Shown here: in pieces, positions 10,701 to 20,978 of the stretch | How the letters are laid out: each line of letters starts with the position of its first letter | How positions within the stretch are numbered: the stretch's first letter is position 1 | DNA from: Selaginella moellendorffii | Lineage: Eukaryota > Plantae > Lycopodiophyta | Assembly (NCBI RefSeq): GCF_000143415.4 | Contig: NW_003314398.1 | Coordinates: 124,001-188,000 of the forward strand | Direction of reading: 5' to 3' | Length of the DNA stretch: 64,000 bases | Translations under genes and position numbers: made by a program | The notes under the pieces: model-generated | Database searches by the model: none | What the model was told of the DNA's origin: nothing | What the model saw: the letters and a program-made list of their open reading frames with translations, nothing else

Positions 10701-11289
10701 AATTTTGCAAAAACAGAGAATCTTGCAAGATTCCGCTTCAATCATTCAACGTCTAAGAATCTGGAAAGTGGTTTGAGTTTGTTTACTAGGTTTTTATGTG
10801 AATATAATTATTATTTAGTTGAAGAATAAATTTATATAAACTATAATAATTTTGAGTAATTGACCCTTTGTAACAAAACCCTTCACTGCTTTACAATTGT
10901 GAACGAGCAGTTCCCTGAGAAGAACAGGCATTCCTGTGATCAATTGCATAAACGGCATGGAGTGCTTGAAGGCCATTACCTTCTCAAACTCCAAAACAGC
11001 TGTTTTCTTCCGTGCCAGGCCAACAGCGTCCTCATAGTACGTGATGTAATTGATTCGGTATACAAGATCACCTCCATGGTTCAAGAGGCCCGCTGGCAGC
11101 GTGCACAGGTTTTGATTGCAGCGGGAAGTCCAAAGAATGTCTGAACCTTCGTGTGCAGTATAAATCACAGAAATAAAAGGGAATAAAACCAGCACATGAT
11201 GTACTTCCTTGAGGGTTGGGATGACTCATCCTAAAGTAGTACATTCAAACTGTAATGTAGAATTAGTTCGGCACAGAAAAAGGAGAGAG

Positions 11290-11563
11290 CTTCTTGTTAA
11301 TACTGATGCTTCACAACCTGTACATCTTAAAGAACCACCCCAACACTCTCGTATAGACATCCATAGGCAAGCTTGATTTCCACAAAGGCATCTACAGTGA
11401 TTGGATTGTCCAAAGCCCAGACGATCAGCGCCTTCTTTCCAATGGCACCTTCGAACTAGGCTCTGGCAGCGAGAGATGATCTCCAACATCCTTTTGCAGC
11501 GGTGGATCTTTCGTGTAGAATGGCAAAAATCATGCCTGTGGCTCGTGCCTTGCCCCTGTCCAT
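11290..11563 (-). pseudogene. Deleted, frameshifted copy of orphan ORF 15870-16190
   Basis: Shared blocks 'aatcatgcctgtggctcgtgc', 'gagagatgatctccaacatccttttgcagcg', 'cactctcgtatagacatcca'. Confidence 0.85.
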
Positions 11564-11669
11564 GGGGATTTAAAACTTAGATTTTTGTATTAAGATTGAT
11601 CGTCGGTGCAACGTATTTAGAGCTTTCATCGATTCCAGCAAATGTCCCGCGCAAAGGGACTTTGATCAT

Positions 11670-11714
11670 GGTTCCATAGTGTAGTGGGCGAGAGTTCGAA
11701 ACTCGCTAGAGCCT
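11670..11714 (+). pseudogene. tRNA-Val pseudogene lacking the anticodon arm
   Basis: GGTTCCATAGTGTAGTGG joined through a short spacer to GAGTTCGAAACTCGCT; shares flanks ATCAT and TCTTGTT with 8950-9022. Confidence 0.85.
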
Positions 11715-11919
11715 CTTGTTTGAAGATCAAGAAAATTTTACCATGCACGAGATCGGACGGCCGTGAGCATCTGCCTCCTATTTAGGAGAAACGCGTTGCC
11801 TCACTCAACCAATGAACACTCAAGTTGTGTTGCTCACCGTTTGGACATCCACAAAGAAATTTCTGACAACCATGTCAACCAACCCTCCCTTGAACGACGG
11901 CTGTGGCAGGTTGGGAAAC

Positions 11920-12670
11920 TTTGCAGATTGGGAAACTTGGGAAACTTTGCTCCTGATGATGATGATGATGTTCTGAAGACCGGGTTTATAACTTTTGTTT
12001 ATAAAGCAGTGTCTTTGGATGACACACAGAAGCAGATCGTGGAACCGAGTCTGATGAAAAAGGTGGGAAAAACTTTGCAGGCAGTTTACTTTAGTGCATG
12101 TGCAGGTAATGTATTATTTCTTTACAGCTCAGAGAAGTATTTGGAAAGATAGAACTGAGACAAGCCAGATGCAAAACAAGCAAACATTTCCCAGTATTCT
12201 ATCATTTGCCAGCTTCTCTGGGCTTCAAGTTGAGGAAGTGGGCAGCATTAATCCAGTTCAGGACTTCGAAGCTTTGTTGGCTCATGCTGCTCGCGCTGGG
12301 AAAGCAATGCAAGGTATGAAGAAGATCATCTTCTGGAGCATCGTAAAAGAAAATGCTTACAACAAGGCAATGTCATGTCTTCAGAAAGGTTATGTGATGC
12401 AAGAAGTGAGTGTTTTTCCAAGTTTTGGTTTTTGTTGCTTTTGAACTCCTCCTTTACATTTCTGCAACCACAGGAACCTGGAGAATTCAACGGTTTCTTC
12501 TCCCAACTATCAGAGAAGTGTCAAGGAAAGCGCCATGGGAAAGAATTCTAAGAGACCAACTTACATTCATCACAAAATAAGAAGCACATGACAGGTAAGT
12601 CTTTACTTTCATGACTTATAGTCATTTTTCTTTTTTGCATCAGTGATGTCATGCAGAAAGCGATAAAATG
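11920..12670 (+). pseudogene. KU80: Ku80 C-terminal relic with introns
   Basis: VEEVGSINPVQDFEALL...KAMQGMKKII...YNKAMSCL.KG.VMQE, then EPGEFNGFFSQLSEKCQ, resembling the plant Ku80 C-terminal domain; internal deletions and stops. Confidence 0.75.
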
Positions 12671-12699
12671 GATAAAGAAATGTAATTCAGCTGTAATTG

Positions 12700-13745
12700 T
12701 AATTTACTAACAAAAAATTTAGCTGTTCAACCATAAGATCTGGAATATAGCAAAAATAAGTTAATATTTATTTTAAAATTTACTATATTTAGATAAATTT
12801 AAAATAAATATGATCAAGAATACTTCTAATGGATGTTGTTTACTTCTCCTATAAGTGTTATTTAATGCTAACTAGCTAACTCAGAAAATATATCCCCTTC
12901 CACTAAAGCTACACTTTTATATAACATATTTGGTTTAAATATAGTAATAATTTCATTAACAAAATTTTCTATAAATACAAAATATTCAAACAAAGAATTG
13001 AATAGAAAGATATTGACATTTTAACTTTTGAAGCTATCAAGTTATTATATTAGAGCCATTGATTTATTGTTGTGATTATTTTGACACTAATTGTGTAATA
13101 TAAATAATATATAAGATAGTCATAGAACAAAATTTCAAAGTGGCAGATATCTTGGTTAAATTAGTAAGAATGTTATTTAAAATATAGAAAAAATTAAAAA
13201 TTATAATAAGTTATTATTTATTTTAAAATTTACTATATTTAGATAAACTTAAAATAAAAATTAATTCATCTTATGCACTTTTCTGTATATAAATTCATAT
13301 ATATTATATATAAATGAATTGTGGTCATTATTTTAAATGCATTTTATTTTATTTTATTTTTATATTTACAAGTTTTTAAGGATAATTAATTTATATAAGG
13401 TCCTTCATATATAGTAAAATCTAAATAAATATTAAATTATTTTAAATTTTAAATTTTGTTATATTCTAGACAATATTGTCTTGACTTTTTTCACATACAT
13501 AATAATTTTGAAATATGATGGCTTAACTAGGATACCTATTACTTCAAAATTTTGTTCTATGGATTAATCAATAATCTTATATATTGTTAACATAGCAAAA
13601 TTAGCATTAAAGTAACCACATAATAAATCAACATTTGGAATGAAAGGATTAACTTCATAAATAAAATGAATTATGGTCATCATTTTAAGTTTACTTTATT
13701 TCATTTATTTGTCATTTTCACAAGTTTTTTAAGGAGAATTAATTT
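12700..13745. repeat. Cluster of fragments of an AT-rich interspersed repeat in both orientations
   Basis: Direct pairs 12758-12810/13207-13262 and 13310-13395/13660-13745; inverted pair ~13058-13160/13520-13632; homologues at 25860-25952 and 29887-29956. Confidence 0.75.
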
Positions 13746-13749
13746 AGAT

Positions 13750-14790
13750 TGCAAATCACAATGGTACTTTGCCCAAGAATTGCTGCATCTTTCTGTCATA
13801 GGCATCTTGCAACTCCTGCAGGTAACTGCATAAGAAACACTTGTATGAACTATCTCACGAATTCTCTCTCCCTCACTGGGATAATGAGTCCATTGGAAAG
13901 TTCTTTAAGCCAATGTGCTTGTTCAGTGCTGCTTGATATCTATCGTAGGATTCCTTACCAAGCTTGTCTTCGCACTTCAGTCTACAGCTATAGAGGGACC
14001 CCATGTTCAAGAGAACTCTCCAGAACCTCAAACTTAACTTGTCCAGAATATCCAGGTGGGCTCGTTTCCACCAGAATGTCGAGATCATCAACCCTTTTCA
14101 CCACAAAATATCGCACTGGACCTGCTGCTGCACTACTCGATTAGCATAAACAGCATGCAATATACTTAATTAACACATCGAGGTCTGTCATTTTCTTCGC
14201 CATAAGCTTTGACTGGAAGTATGTTCTTCAGCATGCGTCCGAACTTGAATGCCTTGGTGACCACCGTGCGGTTAAGTTTCGCTTATTGCCCAAGGTCCAT
14301 CTTATTGTTAGATGGCATCCCTTCCTCCACCTGCATTGCACTTGTCAGGAAACACACAAAAAAAAACCAACAAACAGTATGTGACACTACCTCCATGAAA
14401 AGCCCTTGCTATTGATGAGACTCTTTTGTAGCTTGATTTGGTGGACACCTCAGGATCTTCTTTGCGGCTATGGTTAAACCCGCCTTGCCCAGTCCCTGGA
14501 AAAGAAAAGCATGATCTTCTAAAAAAATTCTGGCAGTACCTTCGCCTTTCGTGTTTTGCTAGGAGCAGGCCTAAGAGCAGGTGTTTGCTCTTCTGCCTAG
14601 TCAGGCGTTTCCTCAGTGTTCTGGAAACAATATTACTTAATTTCCTAGAAACGATTTCAATTTACCTCTTCAGAAAGTCTATCTATTTTATAAGCTTAGC
14701 TTCTACTTCACTGTCTTCCTCGTTGTCAGATATTTTCCTTTTCTTTGCTGAAGCAATCTTAACCATCTTAATAGTAATCTGAACAAGTTT
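13750..14790 (-). pseudogene. Degenerate multi-exon gene relic of unknown identity
   Basis: Coding-like blocks separated by short intron-like gaps; multiple in-frame stops. Confidence 0.35.
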
Positions 14791-15869
14791 CCTTTAAGCA
14801 CGATTCAGGTTTTCTAGAAACCACATCAACTTAACGTTTTTGTTTTTGTTGGTATAAGATCATGTGATGACTCATATTTTCTAACGTTTTGATTATTCTT
14901 TGAGACGCAAGTTTCTTGTCAAGCTTTCCAGAAGGTATTTCGATTTCTCTGTTCCATTTGAGAGCAAAGATGCATCAAGCCAATGTTCTTCCCCATCCCG
15001 TCCACAAAGACACCAGCATATGCGCAATTTTTTCTGTACGGTGGCATCTTGTGTCATGCATCCGAAAGTGCCATTCTGTGGAATTGACCAAACTTTTTTT
15101 CCAGCTCTAGAATGCCCCAAATATTCAAAACTTCTTCATTAAAACCATCAATGCAGAGATTTTGAGAAAATGTGAGTCATCAAAAACCATGATCAAGGCT
15201 CTCCAGCATTTCCCAAAAGGCAAAGAGAATTTGTTGGTTCCAGCGAGTTTCGCACTTGCAACCTTTTGCGTGTAAAGCAGACGACTACAAAGTATTCCCG
15301 GGCATTTGCTCATCTCCAACCTGCTATAAACCATTAAACTGATTTTAAGGCTTCCAAAAGGTTCCATTGTCCGGTGATGAGGCGGTTGCAATGCTCCTCT
15401 TCAATGCTTAAATCTCAATTACTGTCTTTGGAGTTGCAAGTGAGTAGATTTTCTTGGTTTCAGCAGCCGCGAATTCCCTGCGCCCAGCGAGTTGCAACGT
15501 CGCCGCTGGGATGGTCCAGCATTCTCTGGAAGAGGTATCGACAGCTTCTTGGTCTCCATCCTGTGATAGTAACCCGAGACAGCTCACCACATCTCTCCAT
15601 CAAAGATCTCCCTAGTGATCCTCCCTTGGCGGAGAGTTATGACGGATCGAAGACGTTTGATCGCAGAGATCTGTGCTCTCCGCAGTTTCGCAGAGCAGCC
15701 GCGAATGCGTCTCTTTCCTGCAAATCTTCGCTGGATGGAACGATGCAACCATCGCCATGGAGCTCTCAACAGAAAATACAACCTACGTCAAAAGCCCAGA
15801 AGCTTGCTTTGTCTTTCATATGGTCAGCTCAAACTCAATCAGCTGAGAGCAAAATGATCAGATGGAATT

Positions 15870-16190
15870 TTAATAGTGATGCTTGAGAAGGGTTGTCACA
15901 GCTTGCTTGTGCCTATGCATCCCAAGGAACCACCTTAACCCAAGCCACACTCTCGTATAGACATCCAGAGGCAAGCTCGATTTCCACGCAGGCATAGCCT
16001 TGTCCAAAGCCCAGATTACCAGCGCCTCCTTTCCAATCGCACTTTGATTGTCTCCAATCTGATCTTGGGCGTTTGGCTCCGGCAGTGAGAGATGATCTCC
16101 AACATCCTTTTGCAGCGACGGATCTTGCTCTCTTACCTCGTGTAGCATGGCGCAAATCATGCCTGTGGCTCGTGCAGTGCCCTTATCCAT
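15870..16190 (-). CDS. Orphan 106-aa protein, intact member of a three-copy local family
   Basis: ATG-to-stop ORF; motif KE..VIWA...P...(D/N)(V/I)Y.R(V/I)W..L.W..G..R shared with the 10370-10700 frame. Confidence 0.55.
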   Translation of the reverse strand: MDKGTARATGMICAMLHEVREQDPSLQKDVGDHLSLPEPNAQDQIGDNQSAIGKEALVIWALDKAMPAWKSSLPLDVYTRVWLGLRWFLGMHRHKQAVTTLLKHHY

Positions 16191-16232
16191 GGATGATTTG
16201 CCCCTAGAACCCTTAAAACTTAGATTTTTGTC

Positions 16233-17474
16233 TCAGGAACTATCGAGATTGATCGTCTCCGTTGTCCCGAGATGTTTGTGACGAAGCCCATACCTCGCGA
16301 GCACCTGATTATCACCGAAGTTTAGAGCTCTCTCCATTCCCACCCGGCATTTCTCTTCGGGGTACGCCGGATCCTTCCCGCAGGGCTTGCATCCCACAAA
16401 ATGCGTCACAAAGGGCCAGCGCTCGTCTCCAGGCCCGGGCTGGTTCTTCTCCATGATCTCCTCGTATCGGTCCACCAGCGCCACCCAGTAGCCATGCAAG
16501 TAATACGAGTTCTCCAAGAACACGCGCTCTCCCCACATCTGCTGGTTATTCCGGAGCAGAAAGACGAGGGCGGACTGATCGTCGGCCTCAAAGACCGGAC
16601 GATTCCGGAGATTCTGGGACAGAATTTCACCGGCCTTGATCCTGACCGTCCCTTTTGGCCCCATTGGCGCCCAGGCGTCCAGAAGGTCGAGCGACCACTG
16701 GCAATTCCGGATGAGAAAGCTGCCCGTGTTTAGACCCAGCCAGCTGCCCGTGACGTACACCTCGGAGGCCCATCCGTGCAGCACAAGATTGTGACCAGCG
16801 TACTTGGCCAGGGGTATCTGGAAGGCTATGTCTGTGACGACGGCATCGCTGTCGAGCCACCACAGCCATTCGATCTCCGGGCGCGCGAGCATCAGACGGC
16901 GGAGGAGCGGCAGCTTGGCCCAAAACCCCGTGAGCTGGTCGTCCATGGTGGCGGTGTTGTAAAACACCTCGATTTCGTGGAGCCGTGCGTAGTCCATCTT
17001 GTTCTTGAGCGATCGCAGCAGGAAATTGTCGCCGGTGGGGTTGTCGCAGGGATTGGGCTGCGATCCAGTGACCATGAGGAGCTTTGTGGGCCGCGATTGG
17101 ATCGATTTGGACCTCTGCTCGTCCCAGTCGCTGATCTTTGGACCCAATCTGTAAGGATGCTGCTCGATCTTCGCCTCGATCGATTGGGAAGCTATTCTAG
17201 AGTGATCCACACCAGGGAGCGACGGAATGATCGATTGATCACCGCGAATTGCTCGACTAGAGTGATCCAAACCGCGGAGAACGCGCCTCTGGATTTCGTG
17301 GAAATCCTTCTGAGGCGTGCCGAATTCGCCCGCTCCGATCGATCCTCGCAGCATTAGGATCGTCAGGACCCCGCACACCACCGTGATCTTGAGTTTGTTG
17401 ATCGCCTTCCTCGTCGCCGGGCTCCTCAAGCAAATCCTCTTGAAAAACAGGGGACTGGCGACTGAGCTCGCCAT
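16233..17474 (-). CDS. XXT: Glycosyltransferase family 34, xyloglucan 6-xylosyltransferase-like (intronless)
   Basis: K.TVVCG.LTIL.LRG.IGAG.FGTP, PY.LGPKISDWDEQR, VTGSQP.PCDN, KNKMDYARLH, WLWWLDSDA, FEADDQSAL, RWPFVTHFVGCKPCG; first ATG at 17474. Confidence 0.93.
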   Translation of the reverse strand: MASSVASPLFFKRICLRSPATRKAINKLKITVVCGVLTILMLRGSIGAGEFGTPQKDFHEIQRRVLRGLDHSSRAIRGDQSIIPSLPGVDHSRIASQSIEAKIEQHPYRLGPKISDWDEQRSKSIQSRPTKLLMVTGSQPNPCDNPTGDNFLLRSLKNKMDYARLHEIEVFYNTATMDDQLTGFWAKLPLLRRLMLARPEIEWLWWLDSDAVVTDIAFQIPLAKYAGHNLVLHGWASEVYVTGSWLGLNTGSFLIRNCQWSLDLLDAWAPMGPKGTVRIKAGEILSQNLRNRPVFEADDQSALVFLLRNNQQMWGERVFLENSYYLHGYWVALVDRYEEIMEKNQPGPGDERWPFVTHFVGCKPCGKDPAYPEEKCRVGMERALNFGDNQVLARYGLRHKHLGTTETINLDSS

Positions 17475-17915
17475 GATCTTCGCTGCGATGATCGTCAATG
17501 CCGGGGAAAATGGTGTTTAAATCGCACGAGCTCGTGCTGTAAAGTCCACGCGAGTGTGGATCCCCATCCATGGAGAAGAGGATGGACCACAGGGCAATTG
17601 AAAGCTTCTCCTGACCGATCGAGTGGGTTGTCTCGATTGATCACTCTCATAGTGACGACAACCTACAGTCTTTTCTTGACTCTTTTCCCCGTGTTCTCTT
17701 CTCCTCTCTGCGACCCAGTCCATAGTTCTCGAATCCCTGCCAGGAACGTCAAGCGTAGATCTCACGACAAAGGAAAGCTCCTACTCTTTGGAAGAAGAAT
17801 CTCTGTAAATGACTCGTTTTCAAGGTCTTAGAAAAATCCGAGAAGACTGTGCTTCCATCAGTTCGACCACTGTTATTCCCAGGAATGGCATTAGTTACAT
17901 ACAAACCAATCCATA

Positions 17916-20363
17916 TCACCTTCCCTCGAGGAGATCCTCGGACATGGTCGGCCCGCGCTGCGCGTCTTCGCCTTCGTCCAGCGCTGCCAAGCCTGAGAAG
18001 GGGCCCGAGGAGAAGAAGGACGACGTACCATCCGACTCAAACGTTGCCGACGTCTGCCGGGTGTTGTGGTTGTGCCAGCTCGTCGCAAACGTCCCGTCCG
18101 ACATGCTCGGGGACACCGGGGTCTCCACCGTCATGTTTTCCCTCTCGCCGCTGTGCGTGTACTCGTTGCTGTGCTGCACCATCTTGAGAGACTGGACCAC
18201 CTCGCCCATCGTTGGTCTCTGGTTCGTTTCCGGGGCGACGCAAGCAGCAGCTACCGCAGCAACTTGTGCGAAGTCCTCCCGCGGGTACTGGCCGTTTAGT
18301 CGGGGATCTGCGAGGTCGTAGATGTGATCGACATCCTTGAGCACAGGCCGTGCCTGAGAATGATCGTTAGCACTAAAAGTAAAAGCGAAAACCATGCACT
18401 TTCTCACCCAGGTGACTAGATTCTCTTGGCCGGTAGGCTGTGCCATGTCCACGGGCTTTCTCCCGGAGAGCAACTCAAGCAAGACTACGCCATAGCTGTA
18501 GACGTCGCTTTTCACAAGTAAGTGTCCAGTCATCGCGTACTCTGGAGCAACATATCTGTGCAAAGAAACATCAGTAGTAGCGAATACGAAAAAGAGATTC
18601 CTACCCGAAAGTTCCCATGACCCGGGTCGAGACGTAGCTTGTTTGTCCTTCCGGAGCCTGCTTGGCAAGACCAAAATCGGCAACTTTCGCTTGGAAGTTG
18701 TCTTCCAATAATATGTTTGAAGCCTTGAAATCCCTGTGAATAACGCAAGGTTGACAGTCTTCATGTAGATACGCCAGCCCTCTCGCTGCACCGATTGCGA
18801 TTTTCATTCGTGTATCCCAGTCTAGTGGGTTGTTTGCACCAAGTCGTCCTGAGAGTAATGTTAGCACAATATAGATCTTGCAAGCACGAAATCCATACCG
18901 TGAAGCCACGACTCCAAACTTCCATTAGGAACAAGTTCGTAGCAGAGAAGATGCTGTGAGGAATCCCGGCTACTGAAAAACCCGACAAGTTTCACGAGAT
19001 GTCTATGGTGTAATCTGCTTAGCATTTCCACCTCCACCAAAAACTCTTTATCGCCTTGATGACCACCACTGCTGAGCCTCTTGATCGCTACTGCCATTCC
19101 ATCTTTCAAGTTCCCTCGGTACACACGTCCAAAGCCGCCTTCGCCTAACAAGTTAGCCGGATCAAAGCCATTCGTTGCTTCTTTGAGATCCTCGTAGGAA
19201 AATATTCGCGTGCTTGTTGGACGAGTTAACAAAGAGAGCATTTGAGGAGGGTCCGATGCTTTAGTAAAAGAGGACGTGTGACCTGCATGAAAGAAAATTA
19301 AAAATTGCAGAACTATTAGTTTAGAGAACCAACCTGACTTGGTCAAGCTTGCCTTCTCTTCAGATTCTTTGTTTCCAGGAGCCAGTTTACGAATGAATAG
19401 TATAGAAAGGCAGAGCAAAGCCACTATTGCAATACCAACTCCTAGTATAATTCCCAGCCGAACCTTCCCTTTGGGCCTTTCAGAAGCGGAGGATTGGTTG
19501 TTGGTGGGCGTCGATAGAGGCTGATTTCTTGATGGGGAAGGTGCAAAAACTGGTGAGGGCGATGGAGACACTGCACGTACAAAACAAATACACGGCGATA
19601 AGTTAATGCACAAAAGAGCACGTCAAGCTTACCAGGTTCCGGGCCAAAAAGGTTGAAACGAAGAAGCGTGTAGTTTCCCACAAGAGAAGAGTTGAAACGA
19701 ACCTTGTGAGCATCCAAAGAAGCCTTGACGCTTGTAGCCTCTTGGGATGAGAAACTAACACCGACCAGGGGGCCTAGATAAATGGACATATTGAGCTCAC
19801 TGGTAGTAATATAATAGAATGCTGTAATCACCACTTGCGGGTCTTGGAGCTTGAGCTGGGACGCGAGCTGGTGCTGGAAGGCGACGGTGGAGTTAATGAA
19901 GTTGGACGACACATTGTCGAGAAGTAGCCCGATCTCTATCGGATAGACACAGGAGCAAGTCTCGCCACCGGGTCTGTTCATCATATTGTCCACACAGCAG
20001 CCTGGATGACACTAAAAAGTGTCGGCAAAAAAGATGAGAAAAAGAAAGAAGAATGCATACCAGGAGAGGGCGACTTTCCGGGTGGAGCAGCCACGGTGGG
20101 TGACACAGACGGCGCGTTCGTTGAAAAGCCTGTGTCATTGACACCTTGGAGCAGCCACCTGCGCGTATGATCTAGAAGAAAACAGCAAGCGTGACACTTA
20201 GCCACTTCAAGCACAAAAAAAAAAAGCGACAAGGAAGAAATCACTCTACTTTACCTTGTCTAGGAACAGGAAAATCGTCCAGAGCCAATGCGAGAACTCC
20301 AATTAATCCCGCAAACACGACGACCACGATGATCTGCTCTGATCTCCGGCAATAGATCTTCAT
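17916..20363 (-). CDS. Receptor-like kinase of the extensin/ALE2 clade (multi-exon)
   Basis: Signal peptide MKIYC...[20 protein letters not shown] ectodomain, TM helix, kinase [45 protein letters not shown]-terminal SEDLLEGR. Confidence 0.9.
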
Positions 20364-20772
20364 TTTCCTTTCCCCTGGTGGAAGAAGCCGGTTTCACGGC
20401 GAACAGAGAGGCCCCATCCCTCTGCCCGACCGAAACCCCTAGCAACTAGAGCAAGCTGGGCGCCGGGCGGGCGCCGCAGTCTGGGGAGATCGCTGGCATT
20501 CCTAAAGACGAGCCTAGATCGGCGGAGCTGCGGCACATACCTGTAGATCTAGCATGGAGCGCCCTAGCCGCAGCTACAAACCCTAAGAAAGCGCAAAAAC
20601 CAACAATCCCAGCACGCAATCCTCTCTTTCTCTTCCCCCTGCGGCATATCCAAATACATATATACTTTTGTACGGATGCAGTACATGAGAAACCAAATTC
20701 TTAAGCATATTCTAATTAAAAGGTAATAAAATTCCAAATATTTAAAATGATGCATTTTGTTAAAATTATATT

Positions 20773-20946
20773 TGTGAGTGCATGGAATATGGAAAGAGAA
20801 TACAGAAATGTGCATATCAATTAGCTCAAAAACCCTAGCTTATATACAAGAGCGAGTGGTCCGGATTGAAACCAATCCGACGGCTACCAAAATCCACTAC
20901 GCTAATATTAGTATACGGCATCGTAGCCGTACACTTGGCCCTCACA
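20773..20946 (-). repeat. 3' LTR of element 1
   Basis: Matches 25609-25782; preceded on the minus strand by PPT GAGAGGAGGGGATGA (20947-20961). Confidence 0.95.
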
Positions 20947-20978
20947 TCATCCCCTCCTCTCGGAATAATGGAAGGCCG

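Noticed and set aside
14040-14130. Nucleotidyltransferase-like DDLDILV motif
   Set aside because: No upstream GS/GG motif and the frame is interrupted by stops
15585-15860. F-box-like start (LSIKDLPSD)
   Set aside because: Similarity is only a few residues and needs frameshifts; cannot be supported without a search
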